Numbered from the stretch's first letter, positions 1 to 9,048 are shown. The stretch: 37,305 bases of DNA from Promethearchaeota archaeon (GCA_048941265.1 JBHLNT010000025.1:1-37305); one strand, 5' to 3'. Program-made: numbers and translations. The notes: generated by a model not told the origin, from the letters alone.

Positions 1-937
1 CCTGGATTGAAGGCGGTAACCGAAGCAGATGTTGTGTTAACTCTTGGTTGTAAATTTTCTTATGCATTAGGGCATGGTCAAGAACCATTTTGGAAAGATA
101 CTCAAAAGATGATACAAGTAGATATAGATCCTACTATCATAGGACGCGCAAAACCAATAACTTTAGGAATTGTAGCCGATTGTAAGGTTTTTTTGAAACA
201 AATATTAGAAGAAGTTAAAAAGACTTCGAAAGTTGACAAAAGAGAGTGGATGGAAACCCTAGCGGAGATGAGAAAAAGCACAATTGAGACCGCAGCTAAA
301 AAAGCAACTAAAGATAAGACACCAATTCTTCCACAAAGACTAGTCAAAGATATCTTGGAATCCATTGATGATGATGCTATTTTAATATTAGATGGAGGGG
401 ATATTACTGCTTATTCAATTGAACAAATTGATTTCTATAACACTCGAAAACCATTATCTACTCTTCAAGCTATTAACATGGGACATCTCGGTACATCTGT
501 AGGCTATGGTATAGGGGCAAAACTCGCAAAACCGGATAAACAAGTTGTTTCAATATCTGGCGACGGAAGTTTTATGATTAACATTCAAGATTTAGAGACG
601 GCTGCAAGATTAGGCTTGAAGAATTTAATATTTTGCATCGCAAACAATAACGCCTGGGGCATGATTAATGAATTATGCGTTTATGCATAATTCGATCAAA
701 AGCGGGCAAAAGTTGGCGATGGGTAAGCGTTTTATAGATGTTGATTTACCCGAGTTTGATTTTGCAAAAGCTGCAGAAGCATTTGGTTGTTATGGAGAAG
801 TTGTAACGGACCCTAATGAAATTAAAACTGCCCTAGAACGCTCTAAAAATTCGGGAAAACCTGCGGTACTTGATGTAAAAATCGCATTTTCTACACCAGA
901 TGCCACAAAATTGTTGCTTTCAATGGGAGTACTATAA
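1..937 (+). CDS. ThDP-dependent enzyme (acetolactate synthase large subunit / 2-hydroxyacyl-CoA lyase-like), 5'-partial; join(<1..668,700..937), interrupted by a 31-nt putative intron
   Basis: The frame is open from the window edge. It has the GDGSF...NNNAWGMI ThDP-binding motif and is collinear with the C-terminal half of the paralogue at 2288-4000. ORFs 7..690 and 668..937 fuse in frame (WGMIKSGQK vs paralogue WGMIKSSQK) when 669-699 is removed. Confidence 0.9.
669..699 (+). other. Putative archaeal bulge-helix-bulge (BHB) intron in a protein-coding gene
   Basis: 4-bp helix GAUU(663-666)/GAUC(694-697), 3-nt bulges AAU(667-669) and AAA(698-700), 9-bp intron stem GAAUUAUGC(670-678)/GCAUAAUUC(685-693). 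Cutting after the 2nd nt of each bulge removes 31 nt and restores the frame. Confidence 0.72.
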
Positions 938-957
938 TTTCTTTTTTTTTAATTTTT
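938..957 (+). terminator. Probable oligo-T archaeal terminator
   Basis: T-rich tract TTTCTTTTTTTTTAATTTTT immediately after the stop codon at 937. Confidence 0.4.
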
Positions 958-1145
958 ATATTATTACATTAGATATTGTAATCGTTTTATTTTACAAGTT
1001 CTATGACTTAACTCCGGAAAAAACTAAAGAAGTCAAAATGAAAATTAAAGAACTAGGGTTATATCAAAATTTCCTTTTTTTTAAAAATATTTATATCATA
1101 ACAACTATCTTTCAATTAATTATAGATTAAAAAGTGAATATATTA

Positions 1146-2159
1146 ATGAGAGGAGCAATGTATTTAGGTAAGAATAGCGTTGAAATTCGAGATGATTTAC
1201 CTATGCCCATATTAAAGCCTAATGAGGTAATGGTAAAACCAAAATACGTGGGTATCTGCGGCTCTGGTGTCGAATCTTTCAAATCGGGAGGATTATATTT
1301 ACCAAATATTATATTAGGTCACGAATTCTCTGGAGATGTAGTAGAAATTGGAGAAAAAGTAAAAAAAATAAAAATAGGCGACAGAGTCGCAATTAATCCT
1401 GTCCTTCCTTGCCACGATTGCTACTGGTGCAATCGAAATCAAGAGAATATGTGCAGTTGGGAGAGTTATGGTACCTCGAAGAATGGAGCAATGGCTGAGT
1501 TTATAAACGTGGAAGCAGATAGAATACATCATTTACCTGATACGATGTCTTATCAAGAAGGAGCAACAGTGGAACCGTTAGCTAATTGCGTATTTGCCGT
1601 TCAAGAGTCAAGAATTATGATGGGTGAGAATGCGACGGTGTTTGGGGCGGGAACAATAGGATTGATGACCATTCAAGCGCTAAAAGTTGCTGGCGCAAGC
1701 GACATATACGCAGTTGAACCTATAGAATTTAAACAGAAAAAGGCTTTAGAACTCGGAGCTTCAAAAGTTCTAAAACCTAAAGAGACTGGCAAGATTAAAA
1801 GACTTACTAATAAAATCGGACCAGATCATATTTTTGACTGCGTTGGAGTACCAGAGACAGTTACAACTTCGCTTGGATTAATTAGAAGAGGGGGTCACAT
1901 TACCATAATAGGCATTCATGTAGATCCTTTCGAAATGAGAGGCTGGATGCAAGTTCCGTTGAACAATGTAGCAATTAGAGGCACTTATAGCTTCACTACA
2001 GAATCATTCGCAACATCTCTTAAATTAATCGCAGAAAAACGAGTAAATGGTCAAGCTATCATAACAAAAATAATTAAACTTGATGAAGTTCCTAAGATGT
2101 TTGAAATTTTATCAAATCCGCCCCATGAAGAAATTAAAGTGCTCGTAGAAATTGAATAA
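1146..2159 (+). CDS. Zn-dependent medium-chain dehydrogenase (threonine/sorbitol dehydrogenase-like)
   Basis: GICGS and GHE catalytic-Zn motifs, structural Zn motif CHDCYWC...C, Rossmann GAGTIG. ATG 1146 (MRGAMY) is preferred over GTG 1134. Confidence 0.9.
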   Translation: MRGAMYLGKNSVEIRDDLPMPILKPNEVMVKPKYVGICGSGVESFKSGGLYLPNIILGHEFSGDVVEIGEKVKKIKIGDRVAINPVLPCHDCYWCNRNQENMCSWESYGTSKNGAMAEFINVEADRIHHLPDTMSYQEGATVEPLANCVFAVQESRIMMGENATVFGAGTIGLMTIQALKVAGASDIYAVEPIEFKQKKALELGASKVLKPKETGKIKRLTNKIGPDHIFDCVGVPETVTTSLGLIRRGGHITIIGIHVDPFEMRGWMQVPLNNVAIRGTYSFTTESFATSLKLIAEKRVNGQAIITKIIKLDEVPKMFEILSNPPHEEIKVLVEIE

Positions 2160-2287
2160 AATCTAAAAATTTTCTTTTTTTTGTACTTTCAAATCTAAAT
2201 TTTTTAGTCTTATGATTAAAGATTAAATAAGAATCTAAATTTTAAATTACAATCTGAGAATTTTAAACTTCAAATTAAGTGAAAAAA

Positions 2288-4000
2288 ATGGGAGAAGAGA
2301 AAAAAGTTATTACCGGAGGAGATGTATTAATCAAATGTCTCCTTGAAGAGAATGTAAAGTATATGTTCGGGATCCCTGGTGGGCAATTCTTACAAATGTA
2401 CGATGCGATTTATCGTTGGGGTCGCGACCAGGGGATAACTACAGTTTTATTTCGGCATGAACAAGCTGCAGCTCATGCAGCAGACGCTTACGCAAGAGTT
2501 ACCAATAAACCCGGAGTGTGTTTCGGGACAGTAGGCCCTGGTGCAACACATCTTGTTCCTGGTGTTGGAGCAGCATGGAGTGATAATATCCCAGTTATTG
2601 CAATTGTACCACAAGTACGCAGTGATTTTGCGGATTCATATACCTTACAAGGAAATCTAGACCAAGTAGCAATGTTCAAACCTATTACTAAATACCAAAA
2701 GACTGTACGAAAAATTGAGGAGATTCCCGATGCAGTTCAAAAATGCTTTCGGGAAGCTACAGGGGGACGTCCTCAACCAGTTCTTTTGGAGATATTTGAA
2801 GATGCTTTTCTTGAACAAATTGAGGAAGCTAAAATTTCTATTAAATCATCTGAAGCATATAGAGCTATGGGAAAACCTGCCGTTGACAATGAGTCAATAA
2901 AAAAATCCTTAGATCTTTTAGTTACGGCCGAAAAACCGCTTATAATATCTGGTGGAGGTGTTACTCGAGCTGGCGCATGGAACGAGTTACAAGAATTGGC
3001 GGAATATTTACAGATCCCCGTAATTACGAGTCTAATGGGTATCGGAACAATTTCAAATAAATCAAATTGTTTCATAGGATATTCTGTAGGTGGAGCTGGT
3101 TTACAAGCTGCGATGGGTGCTGATGTGGTTTTAACGCTCGGGTGTCGATTTTCACATACAATGGCGCATGGAAAAGGTCCAATTTGGAAAGATACTCAAA
3201 AAATGATTCAGGTTGACATCGATCCATCTATTATCGGAAGAGCAAAACCTATTGCTCTAGGAATCGTTGCTGATTGCAAACAATTTTTAACACAAATACT
3301 TGAGGAAGTTAAAAAAACCGAGAAAATAGAAAAAAGAGATTGGCTGAATACTCTTATTGTTACAAGAGATAAAACTAATTTAACTTACATGAAAAAAGCA
3401 TCTAAAGATAAAATCCCCATCATTCCACAGAGAATGATAAAAGATGTTTTTGAATTTATGGATGATGATGCAATTCTCATTTTAGATGGGGGAGATATTG
3501 TTCCTTATGCTTTAGAACAAATATCCATATATAAGGAGCGGAAACCACTTTCTCATCTGGAATCTATTGGTATGGGACACCTTGGCACTTCTGTCCCGTA
3601 TGGAATTGGAGCAAAGTTAGCTGAACCAGACAAACAAGTTATTTCAATTTCAGGAGATGGAAGTTTTATGATTAATATCCAAGATTTAGAAACAGCAGCC
3701 AGGTTGGGTTTAAAAAATCTCATTTACGTTATAGGTAATAATGATTGTTGGGGAATGATTAAAAGTTCTCAAAAGATTGTTTATGCAAAACGATTTATTG
3801 ATGTTGATATGCCTGGATGCGATTATGGAACGATGGCCAAAGGATTTAGGTGCTATGGTGAGGAAGTCACCGATCCTAATGAAATTATACCAGCTCTCGA
3901 AAGAGCAAAAAATTCAGGAAAGCCCGCAGTAATTGATGTGAAAATCAAGTATGATATACCTGATATTACGAAATTTTTATTGTCTATGGGATCAGCTTAA
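2288..4000 (+). CDS. ThDP-dependent enzyme (acetolactate synthase large subunit / 2-hydroxyacyl-CoA lyase-like), intact paralogue
   Basis: FGIPGG, RHEQAAAHAADAYAR (catalytic Glu), GPG, DGGD and GDGSF...NN motifs. Start at ATG 2288 or GTG 2279. Confidence 0.92.
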   Translation: MGEEKKVITGGDVLIKCLLEENVKYMFGIPGGQFLQMYDAIYRWGRDQGITTVLFRHEQAAAHAADAYARVTNKPGVCFGTVGPGATHLVPGVGAAWSDNIPVIAIVPQVRSDFADSYTLQGNLDQVAMFKPITKYQKTVRKIEEIPDAVQKCFREATGGRPQPVLLEIFEDAFLEQIEEAKISIKSSEAYRAMGKPAVDNESIKKSLDLLVTAEKPLIISGGGVTRAGAWNELQELAEYLQIPVITSLMGIGTISNKSNCFIGYSVGGAGLQAAMGADVVLTLGCRFSHTMAHGKGPIWKDTQKMIQVDIDPSIIGRAKPIALGIVADCKQFLTQILEEVKKTEKIEKRDWLNTLIVTRDKTNLTYMKKASKDKIPIIPQRMIKDVFEFMDDDAILILDGGDIVPYALEQISIYKERKPLSHLESIGMGHLGTSVPYGIGAKLAEPDKQVISISGDGSFMINIQDLETAARLGLKNLIYVIGNNDCWGMIKSSQKIVYAKRFIDVDMPGCDYGTMAKGFRCYGEEVTDPNEIIPALERAKNSGKPAVIDVKIKYDIPDITKFLLSMGSA

Positions 4001-4062
4001 TTGATTTAATTCATTTGGATTTTTTCCCAAAATAAAAAAAAGAACTTTAAAAAATTTTTTTT

Positions 4063-5178
4063 TTAGTTTTTTGCAAATTTTTCAGTACAAAAGTGAATAC
4101 CTTGGAGAATGTGATATCCGATTCCTAAAATATGAGGAGTTAACGCCACGCCTGGGTCAGAATACAATTCAAATTGATGGTCAATTCCATACTCTATCAA
4201 AGTTTCGTGAATTTTTTTAGCACCCTCCGCTAATCCGAACTCATCGTTATCTGCACAATTAAGTAGCAATTGGACTTGCTTAAACGCATCTGGGTTTTCT
4301 TTAATTAAGTAATTAATGTCAAATTTTTCCCATTTGCTCAAGATTTCTTCATTATAATCTATAACATTTCCACTCTCATCTCGCTTTATCGTGGGAAGTA
4401 ATCGATTGTCATCCGAGAAAACAAGGTCTATGGTATCTATAATATCCCTCCAAGCTGAATCTCCAATTTCATCACTCATCTTAGCACCGAATATTTCTTC
4501 ATAAATGGGAACCTTTAATTTCCAATCAATACGAGATAAATCACGTGTTCCTAAATTACCAGGACTTAAGGAAGCCGCAGATACAAATTTCTCAGGATGA
4601 TGCAAACATAAATATAATGTCCCAAATCCTCCCATGGATCCTCCCATTAGTGCTCTATGTGGTTTATCCGGAATGGTTCTATAATTTGAATCTATATAAT
4701 TGATAACATCTTGGATGATATAATCTCTATAATTCCCAGAAAATGGAGAATTGATATAAAAACTCCCTTTAGTGGCGAGGTGCCCTCGAATATCTTTACG
4801 TCCATCTATATTAGGGACATGAAGGCTTGCATCAGGTTGTACAAAAATAAAAGGATCTAATTGACCATTAGCTATCTGCTCATCTAAAGTTTCGAAAGTT
4901 ATTAATCTCTCCATATTAATTTGCTTTAAGATTTGTTTGGGGATAATATTCCAAGGAATTGCTCCATCTTTTGATTTTCGGCCAGTGACAGTCCAACCTC
5001 TGTTATTCCCTCCATAACCATGTAGGAAATATACGACGGGATATCTTTTATTAGATTCAAAATATCCGGGAGGGAGATATATTTTAAGATCTCGATCTGC
5101 AGAACTACCTAAGGGATTCCCATCTAATGCTTTTGCGTGAAAATTATCAATCCTAAATCTTTTATTATTTTCAGGCAT
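4063..5178 (-). CDS. Alpha/beta-hydrolase, putative esterase (enterochelin esterase / S-formylglutathione hydrolase-like)
   Basis: IYLPPGY...RYPVVYFLHG motif, nucleophile elbow GGSMGG, C-terminal Asp/His candidates. ATG 5178 is preferred over TTG 5193. Confidence 0.85.
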   Translation of the reverse strand: MPENNKRFRIDNFHAKALDGNPLGSSADRDLKIYLPPGYFESNKRYPVVYFLHGYGGNNRGWTVTGRKSKDGAIPWNIIPKQILKQINMERLITFETLDEQIANGQLDPFIFVQPDASLHVPNIDGRKDIRGHLATKGSFYINSPFSGNYRDYIIQDVINYIDSNYRTIPDKPHRALMGGSMGGFGTLYLCLHHPEKFVSAASLSPGNLGTRDLSRIDWKLKVPIYEEIFGAKMSDEIGDSAWRDIIDTIDLVFSDDNRLLPTIKRDESGNVIDYNEEILSKWEKFDINYLIKENPDAFKQVQLLLNCADNDEFGLAEGAKKIHETLIEYGIDHQFELYSDPGVALTPHILGIGYHILQGIHFCTEKFAKN

Positions 5179-5378
5179 AATATAATAGTCCAAAATGCTA
5201 TTTAATAATTTAATTTATTTTTTTTTCTTATTTCTACAAAAAAGTGTAAGTGCTGGAAAAAAGTTCTACGTTCGTAAACGTAAACAAATCAGGGAGTTTA
5301 AGAAGATTATTAATTAATTATTTATTTAATCTAGTAGAATAAATAACAATAGACTTACCAGATTTAGGGACCTTATTA

Positions 5379-6902
5379 ATGAATATTGAAGAGAAATTAG
5401 AATTAATGAAGCGCATGTTTAATCCTAAGAACGTAGCAATCATGGGCGCAACAGATCAAATGATGAAAATCGGTTCATTGGTTATAACATCCGTTCTCAC
5501 TTGTGGATTTACTAAGAAGATTTATCCCATAAATCCGAACCCAAAATATGAAAAAAAAAAAATCTTAGGATTTGATGTATACCCCTCTCTTGACAAATGC
5601 CCTGAAACAATTGATCTAGTTGGGATAGTTGTTCCTCCAGATGCAGTTGTAGATTCAGTTAAGCAAGCCATTGAAAATGATATTAGGACAGCAGCTATTA
5701 TCACAGCGGGGTTTGGTGAAGTAAAATCTGAAGAGAGACAAGAAGAAAATAAAGAATTGGTGAGGGTGGCTGAAAAAGGCGGATTAATCTTTGTTGGTCC
5801 TAATTCTATGGGGCTATATACTTCAGAAGACAAGAATTCTCCTTTACACTTAGGTTTTGGATTTATGATGCCAAAACCTGGAAATTTATCTATTATTTCG
5901 CAATCTGGAACTATGGGCACTATCATAGGCAGTACATTAGAAAGGATTAGGTATTTTGTTTCAAGTGGGAATGAAGCTTCTCTTACCTTAGAAGATTATT
6001 TAGAATATTATGCTCGAGATAAGGAGACAAAAGTTATTGCATTATTTGCTGAAGGATTACGTGCAGGTCCAAGATTTAAAGAAATTTGCTCAGAGACTAC
6101 AAAAACAAAACCAATTATTTTTCTAAAAGCAGGGCTTACTAAAAAGGGTGCAAGAGCAGCAAATAGTCATACTGGTTCGATTGCCGGCTCATTAGATATG
6201 TACAAATCAGTTTTTAAGCAAACAGGTGTCATTTATACTGATTCAGTAATGGAGTTTATATACCTGACTAAAGGAGCACTATACTTATTACCACTCCCTA
6301 GCTCTGATCCTTTACGAGCAGGAATTATTAGTGGAGGTGGTGGTTTTGTTGTCCATCTTACTGATCTTTGTGAGAGACAAGGAATTAACGTTGTTGATTT
6401 AAGAACTGAACCAAATGGTCCGCAACTTATTGAAGATATTTCAAAACTTCTTCCATTTTATTGGAGTCATAATAATCCCATTGATATGGTTGCCACTAAT
6501 GACTTTACTCTCTATCAAAAAATCATGGATTTAATGTTAAGCTCTGAATGCTTTGATGTAATCCTTACAATGACATCTACTTCATTATTAGAAAGAATAA
6601 AATTAATGAAGCCCATAAATGAATATGGAGTAAAATTGAAAGAAATGATGATACCCGTACTTACTAAGAGAATGGAGAATAGTGTAGAAAGTGAAATTAA
6701 TCTCTCCCTTAAATATCCCGACAAAAGGATAATCTATATTTCTCTTGGAGTAAGCCCAAATGATCCCCTTTTCGAAAAATATGAAGAAAATAAAATATTG
6801 GTATCAGGAGGAGATTTGAGTATTGGACCCATTGTGCTAAGGAAGCTTCATGAATACCAAAAATTCATAAACTCTAGAGCAACATCAACCAATCATAATT
6901 AA
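5379..6902 (+). CDS. NDP-forming acyl-CoA synthetase (acetate-CoA ligase) alpha-subunit-like protein
   Basis: CoA-binding domain (FNPKNVAIMGA, YPINP, ITAGFGE, GPNSMG), SQSG, phospho-His motif SHTGS, NPIDM. No ATP-grasp domain. Confidence 0.88.
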   Translation: MNIEEKLELMKRMFNPKNVAIMGATDQMMKIGSLVITSVLTCGFTKKIYPINPNPKYEKKKILGFDVYPSLDKCPETIDLVGIVVPPDAVVDSVKQAIENDIRTAAIITAGFGEVKSEERQEENKELVRVAEKGGLIFVGPNSMGLYTSEDKNSPLHLGFGFMMPKPGNLSIISQSGTMGTIIGSTLERIRYFVSSGNEASLTLEDYLEYYARDKETKVIALFAEGLRAGPRFKEICSETTKTKPIIFLKAGLTKKGARAANSHTGSIAGSLDMYKSVFKQTGVIYTDSVMEFIYLTKGALYLLPLPSSDPLRAGIISGGGGFVVHLTDLCERQGINVVDLRTEPNGPQLIEDISKLLPFYWSHNNPIDMVATNDFTLYQKIMDLMLSSECFDVILTMTSTSLLERIKLMKPINEYGVKLKEMMIPVLTKRMENSVESEINLSLKYPDKRIIYISLGVSPNDPLFEKYEENKILVSGGDLSIGPIVLRKLHEYQKFINSRATSTNHN

Positions 6903-6945
6903 CCTTATAAAGTTAAATAAGTTGATTTGATTTTTATTAATAGAA

Positions 6946-7725
6946 ATGAGCATTTTAATTATTGCTGGAGGGGGTAAATTTGGTAAAAAAGCCTTGGACT
7001 ATGGGAGAAAGAATAAATATAAAATAATTCTAATAGACAATAATCCTAATTGTTTTTGTGCTGAATATGCTACTCAAAGAACTGATGACATAAATACTTT
7101 TTATTCAAAAATGGAAATTATTAAAACAGGACAGGTCCTCCTTCTTATCCATGACATTTCTATTATATATGAACTAATAGTTAGATTTAATCCAGAATAT
7201 GTTATTCCTGTCATCCCTATTCATTTGTTAGCACAAATTATAAAAAAATTTATGCATGAAAAAACTCAGATAAATTTAGCATCAGATAAAGATCCAACTA
7301 ATAAATTTATCAATAGTATAAGTAAAGAGTTATTACTAACACATCATTCGGAAAAGGGTGTAGCATATTTGTCGTGGGCTAAAATTGATGAAATATGTCC
7401 GGATGATTGTTTCGGTCCCAAGGATTTTTGCCCAAATTTTAAAAGAAACAAGCCTATAACGATTACAGATTATTTTAAGGCACATTATAATTTAAGAAAT
7501 AATTTCAGTATAGTGAAAAATGGTACATCGAGAATCTTTATAATTTTAGAAAGTTATCAGTTAACTTCTGGATTAGGAGGGCTTAAAGGTGAAGATTTAA
7601 AAATTATTTTAGATAAATTAAATGAAAATCTAGATCTAATATCTTCTCAAAATTTTAGCTTGATTATCGCAACGACATGTAATTGCCATGGAGTAGTAAA
7701 TTTCTATAGAAATTTTACCAATTAA
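6946..7725 (+). CDS. Uncharacterised protein with N-terminal NAD(P)-binding Rossmann motif and Cys/His metal-binding motifs
   Basis: IAGGGKFG at the N-terminus; CPDDC...CP and C-terminal TCNCHGV. Confidence 0.65.
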   Translation: MSILIIAGGGKFGKKALDYGRKNKYKIILIDNNPNCFCAEYATQRTDDINTFYSKMEIIKTGQVLLLIHDISIIYELIVRFNPEYVIPVIPIHLLAQIIKKFMHEKTQINLASDKDPTNKFINSISKELLLTHHSEKGVAYLSWAKIDEICPDDCFGPKDFCPNFKRNKPITITDYFKAHYNLRNNFSIVKNGTSRIFIILESYQLTSGLGGLKGEDLKIILDKLNENLDLISSQNFSLIIATTCNCHGVVNFYRNFTN

Positions 7726-8360
7726 GTTCCTTGACCTATAGGGCAACACGTTAAACAAGGGGTTCCGCAACCTTTACCCAATATTTTTCTTCTGCTTTTA
7801 CATTTCCATCTATTGAAATGATCATCATGAATAGCCTGCACTGGACAGTTATTAATACATAAATCGCAATTTAAACAAACATTATCATTAATAGGATTAT
7901 CATAAAGGAAGGATTCATTCACAAGAACCACACCAATCAAAACTTGAGCACCGTAAATAGGATGTAATAAACATGAATTTTTACCAATAGTACCAAGTCC
8001 GGCTAAAACAGCAAGAGTGCGGAAAGATATTTTCCCTATTAAATCTTTATTAAGGTGCTCATCTATTATCCCACAGGCGTGAATTTGATATTTTTCAAGG
8101 ATGCTAACTATTTTTTGATTTGTCTGTTTTAGATAATTATTCAGACTGACCACATACCACTTACCATATTTATCTAAAATATCGTTGATTTTAGCTATAT
8201 AAACAACTGCACTCTTTACATCAATCAGATATTCTGAAAGTTCAAGTTGTCCTGGAAGCTTTTTATATTTGGACACGTCGGCAATCCCAATATCTCTTAC
8301 TAACTCAATTTTTAGTAATTTCTTTTTAAGTAATCCGATATGTTCCAATGGGATAACCAT
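7722..8360 (-). CDS. Epoxyqueuosine reductase (QueG)/reductive dehalogenase-like Fe-S protein
   Basis: SFRTLAVLAGLGTIGKN...HPIYG signature followed by CLNCDLCINNCP and C...CGTPCLTCCP cluster motifs. Confidence 0.8.
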   Translation of the reverse strand: MVIPLEHIGLLKKKLLKIELVRDIGIADVSKYKKLPGQLELSEYLIDVKSAVVYIAKINDILDKYGKWYVVSLNNYLKQTNQKIVSILEKYQIHACGIIDEHLNKDLIGKISFRTLAVLAGLGTIGKNSCLLHPIYGAQVLIGVVLVNESFLYDNPINDNVCLNCDLCINNCPVQAIHDDHFNRWKCKSRRKILGKGCGTPCLTCCPIGQGT

Positions 8361-8367
8361 AAATATT

Positions 8368-9048
8368 TTATTGAATTTCTAGGGAAATATCTACAAAAGA
8401 TTCTCTCCTTTTATTTGAGATATGAATATTTTCAACATTACAGTTAATTTTTATTTCCAAACCTCGTAAGTATATCCCTTCAGTAATTCCGCATACAATA
8501 TAGAAGTAATATATAAAATCATCAGTATTTTCCAAGAATTCAGAGTTTTTAATTCTGTAAACTACTCTATGAGGAGTTAGTTCTACAAACGAGATATCAA
8601 GGTCGTCTTGAAAAAAATCAAATGCGTTATAAAACTCTTTAAAAAGTTCCAAATAAGCATCAGAATTGGAATTTTCCTTACGTTTTACAAATTCCTGAAG
8701 ATATGCATCTCCAAGAGAAAATTGAAAATACTCTAAAAGGTTTCGACCTACATTTTTAAAAACTTCTTTATTATGAGGAAAATTGGTTTTTAAACCATAT
8801 AATAATGCTTTTACAAATGAATTGACCAATTTACGGCGTAAATATTTTCTTTTAGTACTTAAATATAAAAGTGCTTTACCTATCTCTTTTTTCTTCACTA
8901 ATCCTTCGGCTTCCAAGACGTTCAGATACTTTGATACAGTATTTCGATGAAACTTAACTTTTTTTGAAAGTTCGGTGATTGTTAAACCAGAGGTTGAGTC
9001 TTCTAGTTTGCTAAGTATTTTTGATTTATGGTCATTTTTATTTTCCAT
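8368..9048 (-). CDS. Winged-helix transcriptional regulator with C-terminal V4R-like ligand-binding domain
   Basis: GLTITELSKKVKFHRNTVSKYLNVLEAEGLV HTH. The C-terminal CGITEG...C pattern is V4R-like. ATG 9048 is preferred over TTG 9093. Confidence 0.8.
   Translation of the reverse strand: MENKNDHKSKILSKLEDSTSGLTITELSKKVKFHRNTVSKYLNVLEAEGLVKKKEIGKALLYLSTKRKYLRRKLVNSFVKALLYGLKTNFPHNKEVFKNVGRNLLEYFQFSLGDAYLQEFVKRKENSNSDAYLELFKEFYNAFDFFQDDLDISFVELTPHRVVYRIKNSEFLENTDDFIYYFYIVCGITEGIYLRGLEIKINCNVENIHISNKRRESFVDISLEIQ

Noticed and set aside
668-937. ORF-track 89-aa protein as an independent gene, or a simple frameshift pseudogene call
   Set aside because: It is the C-terminus of the ThDP enzyme. 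The break is a structured 31-nt insertion rather than a 1-nt indel, and no other lesion is visible on either side.
900-1130. 76-aa ORF spanning the intergenic region
   Set aside because: It runs through a poly-T terminator-like tract and low-complexity AT-rich DNA and overlaps the upstream gene.
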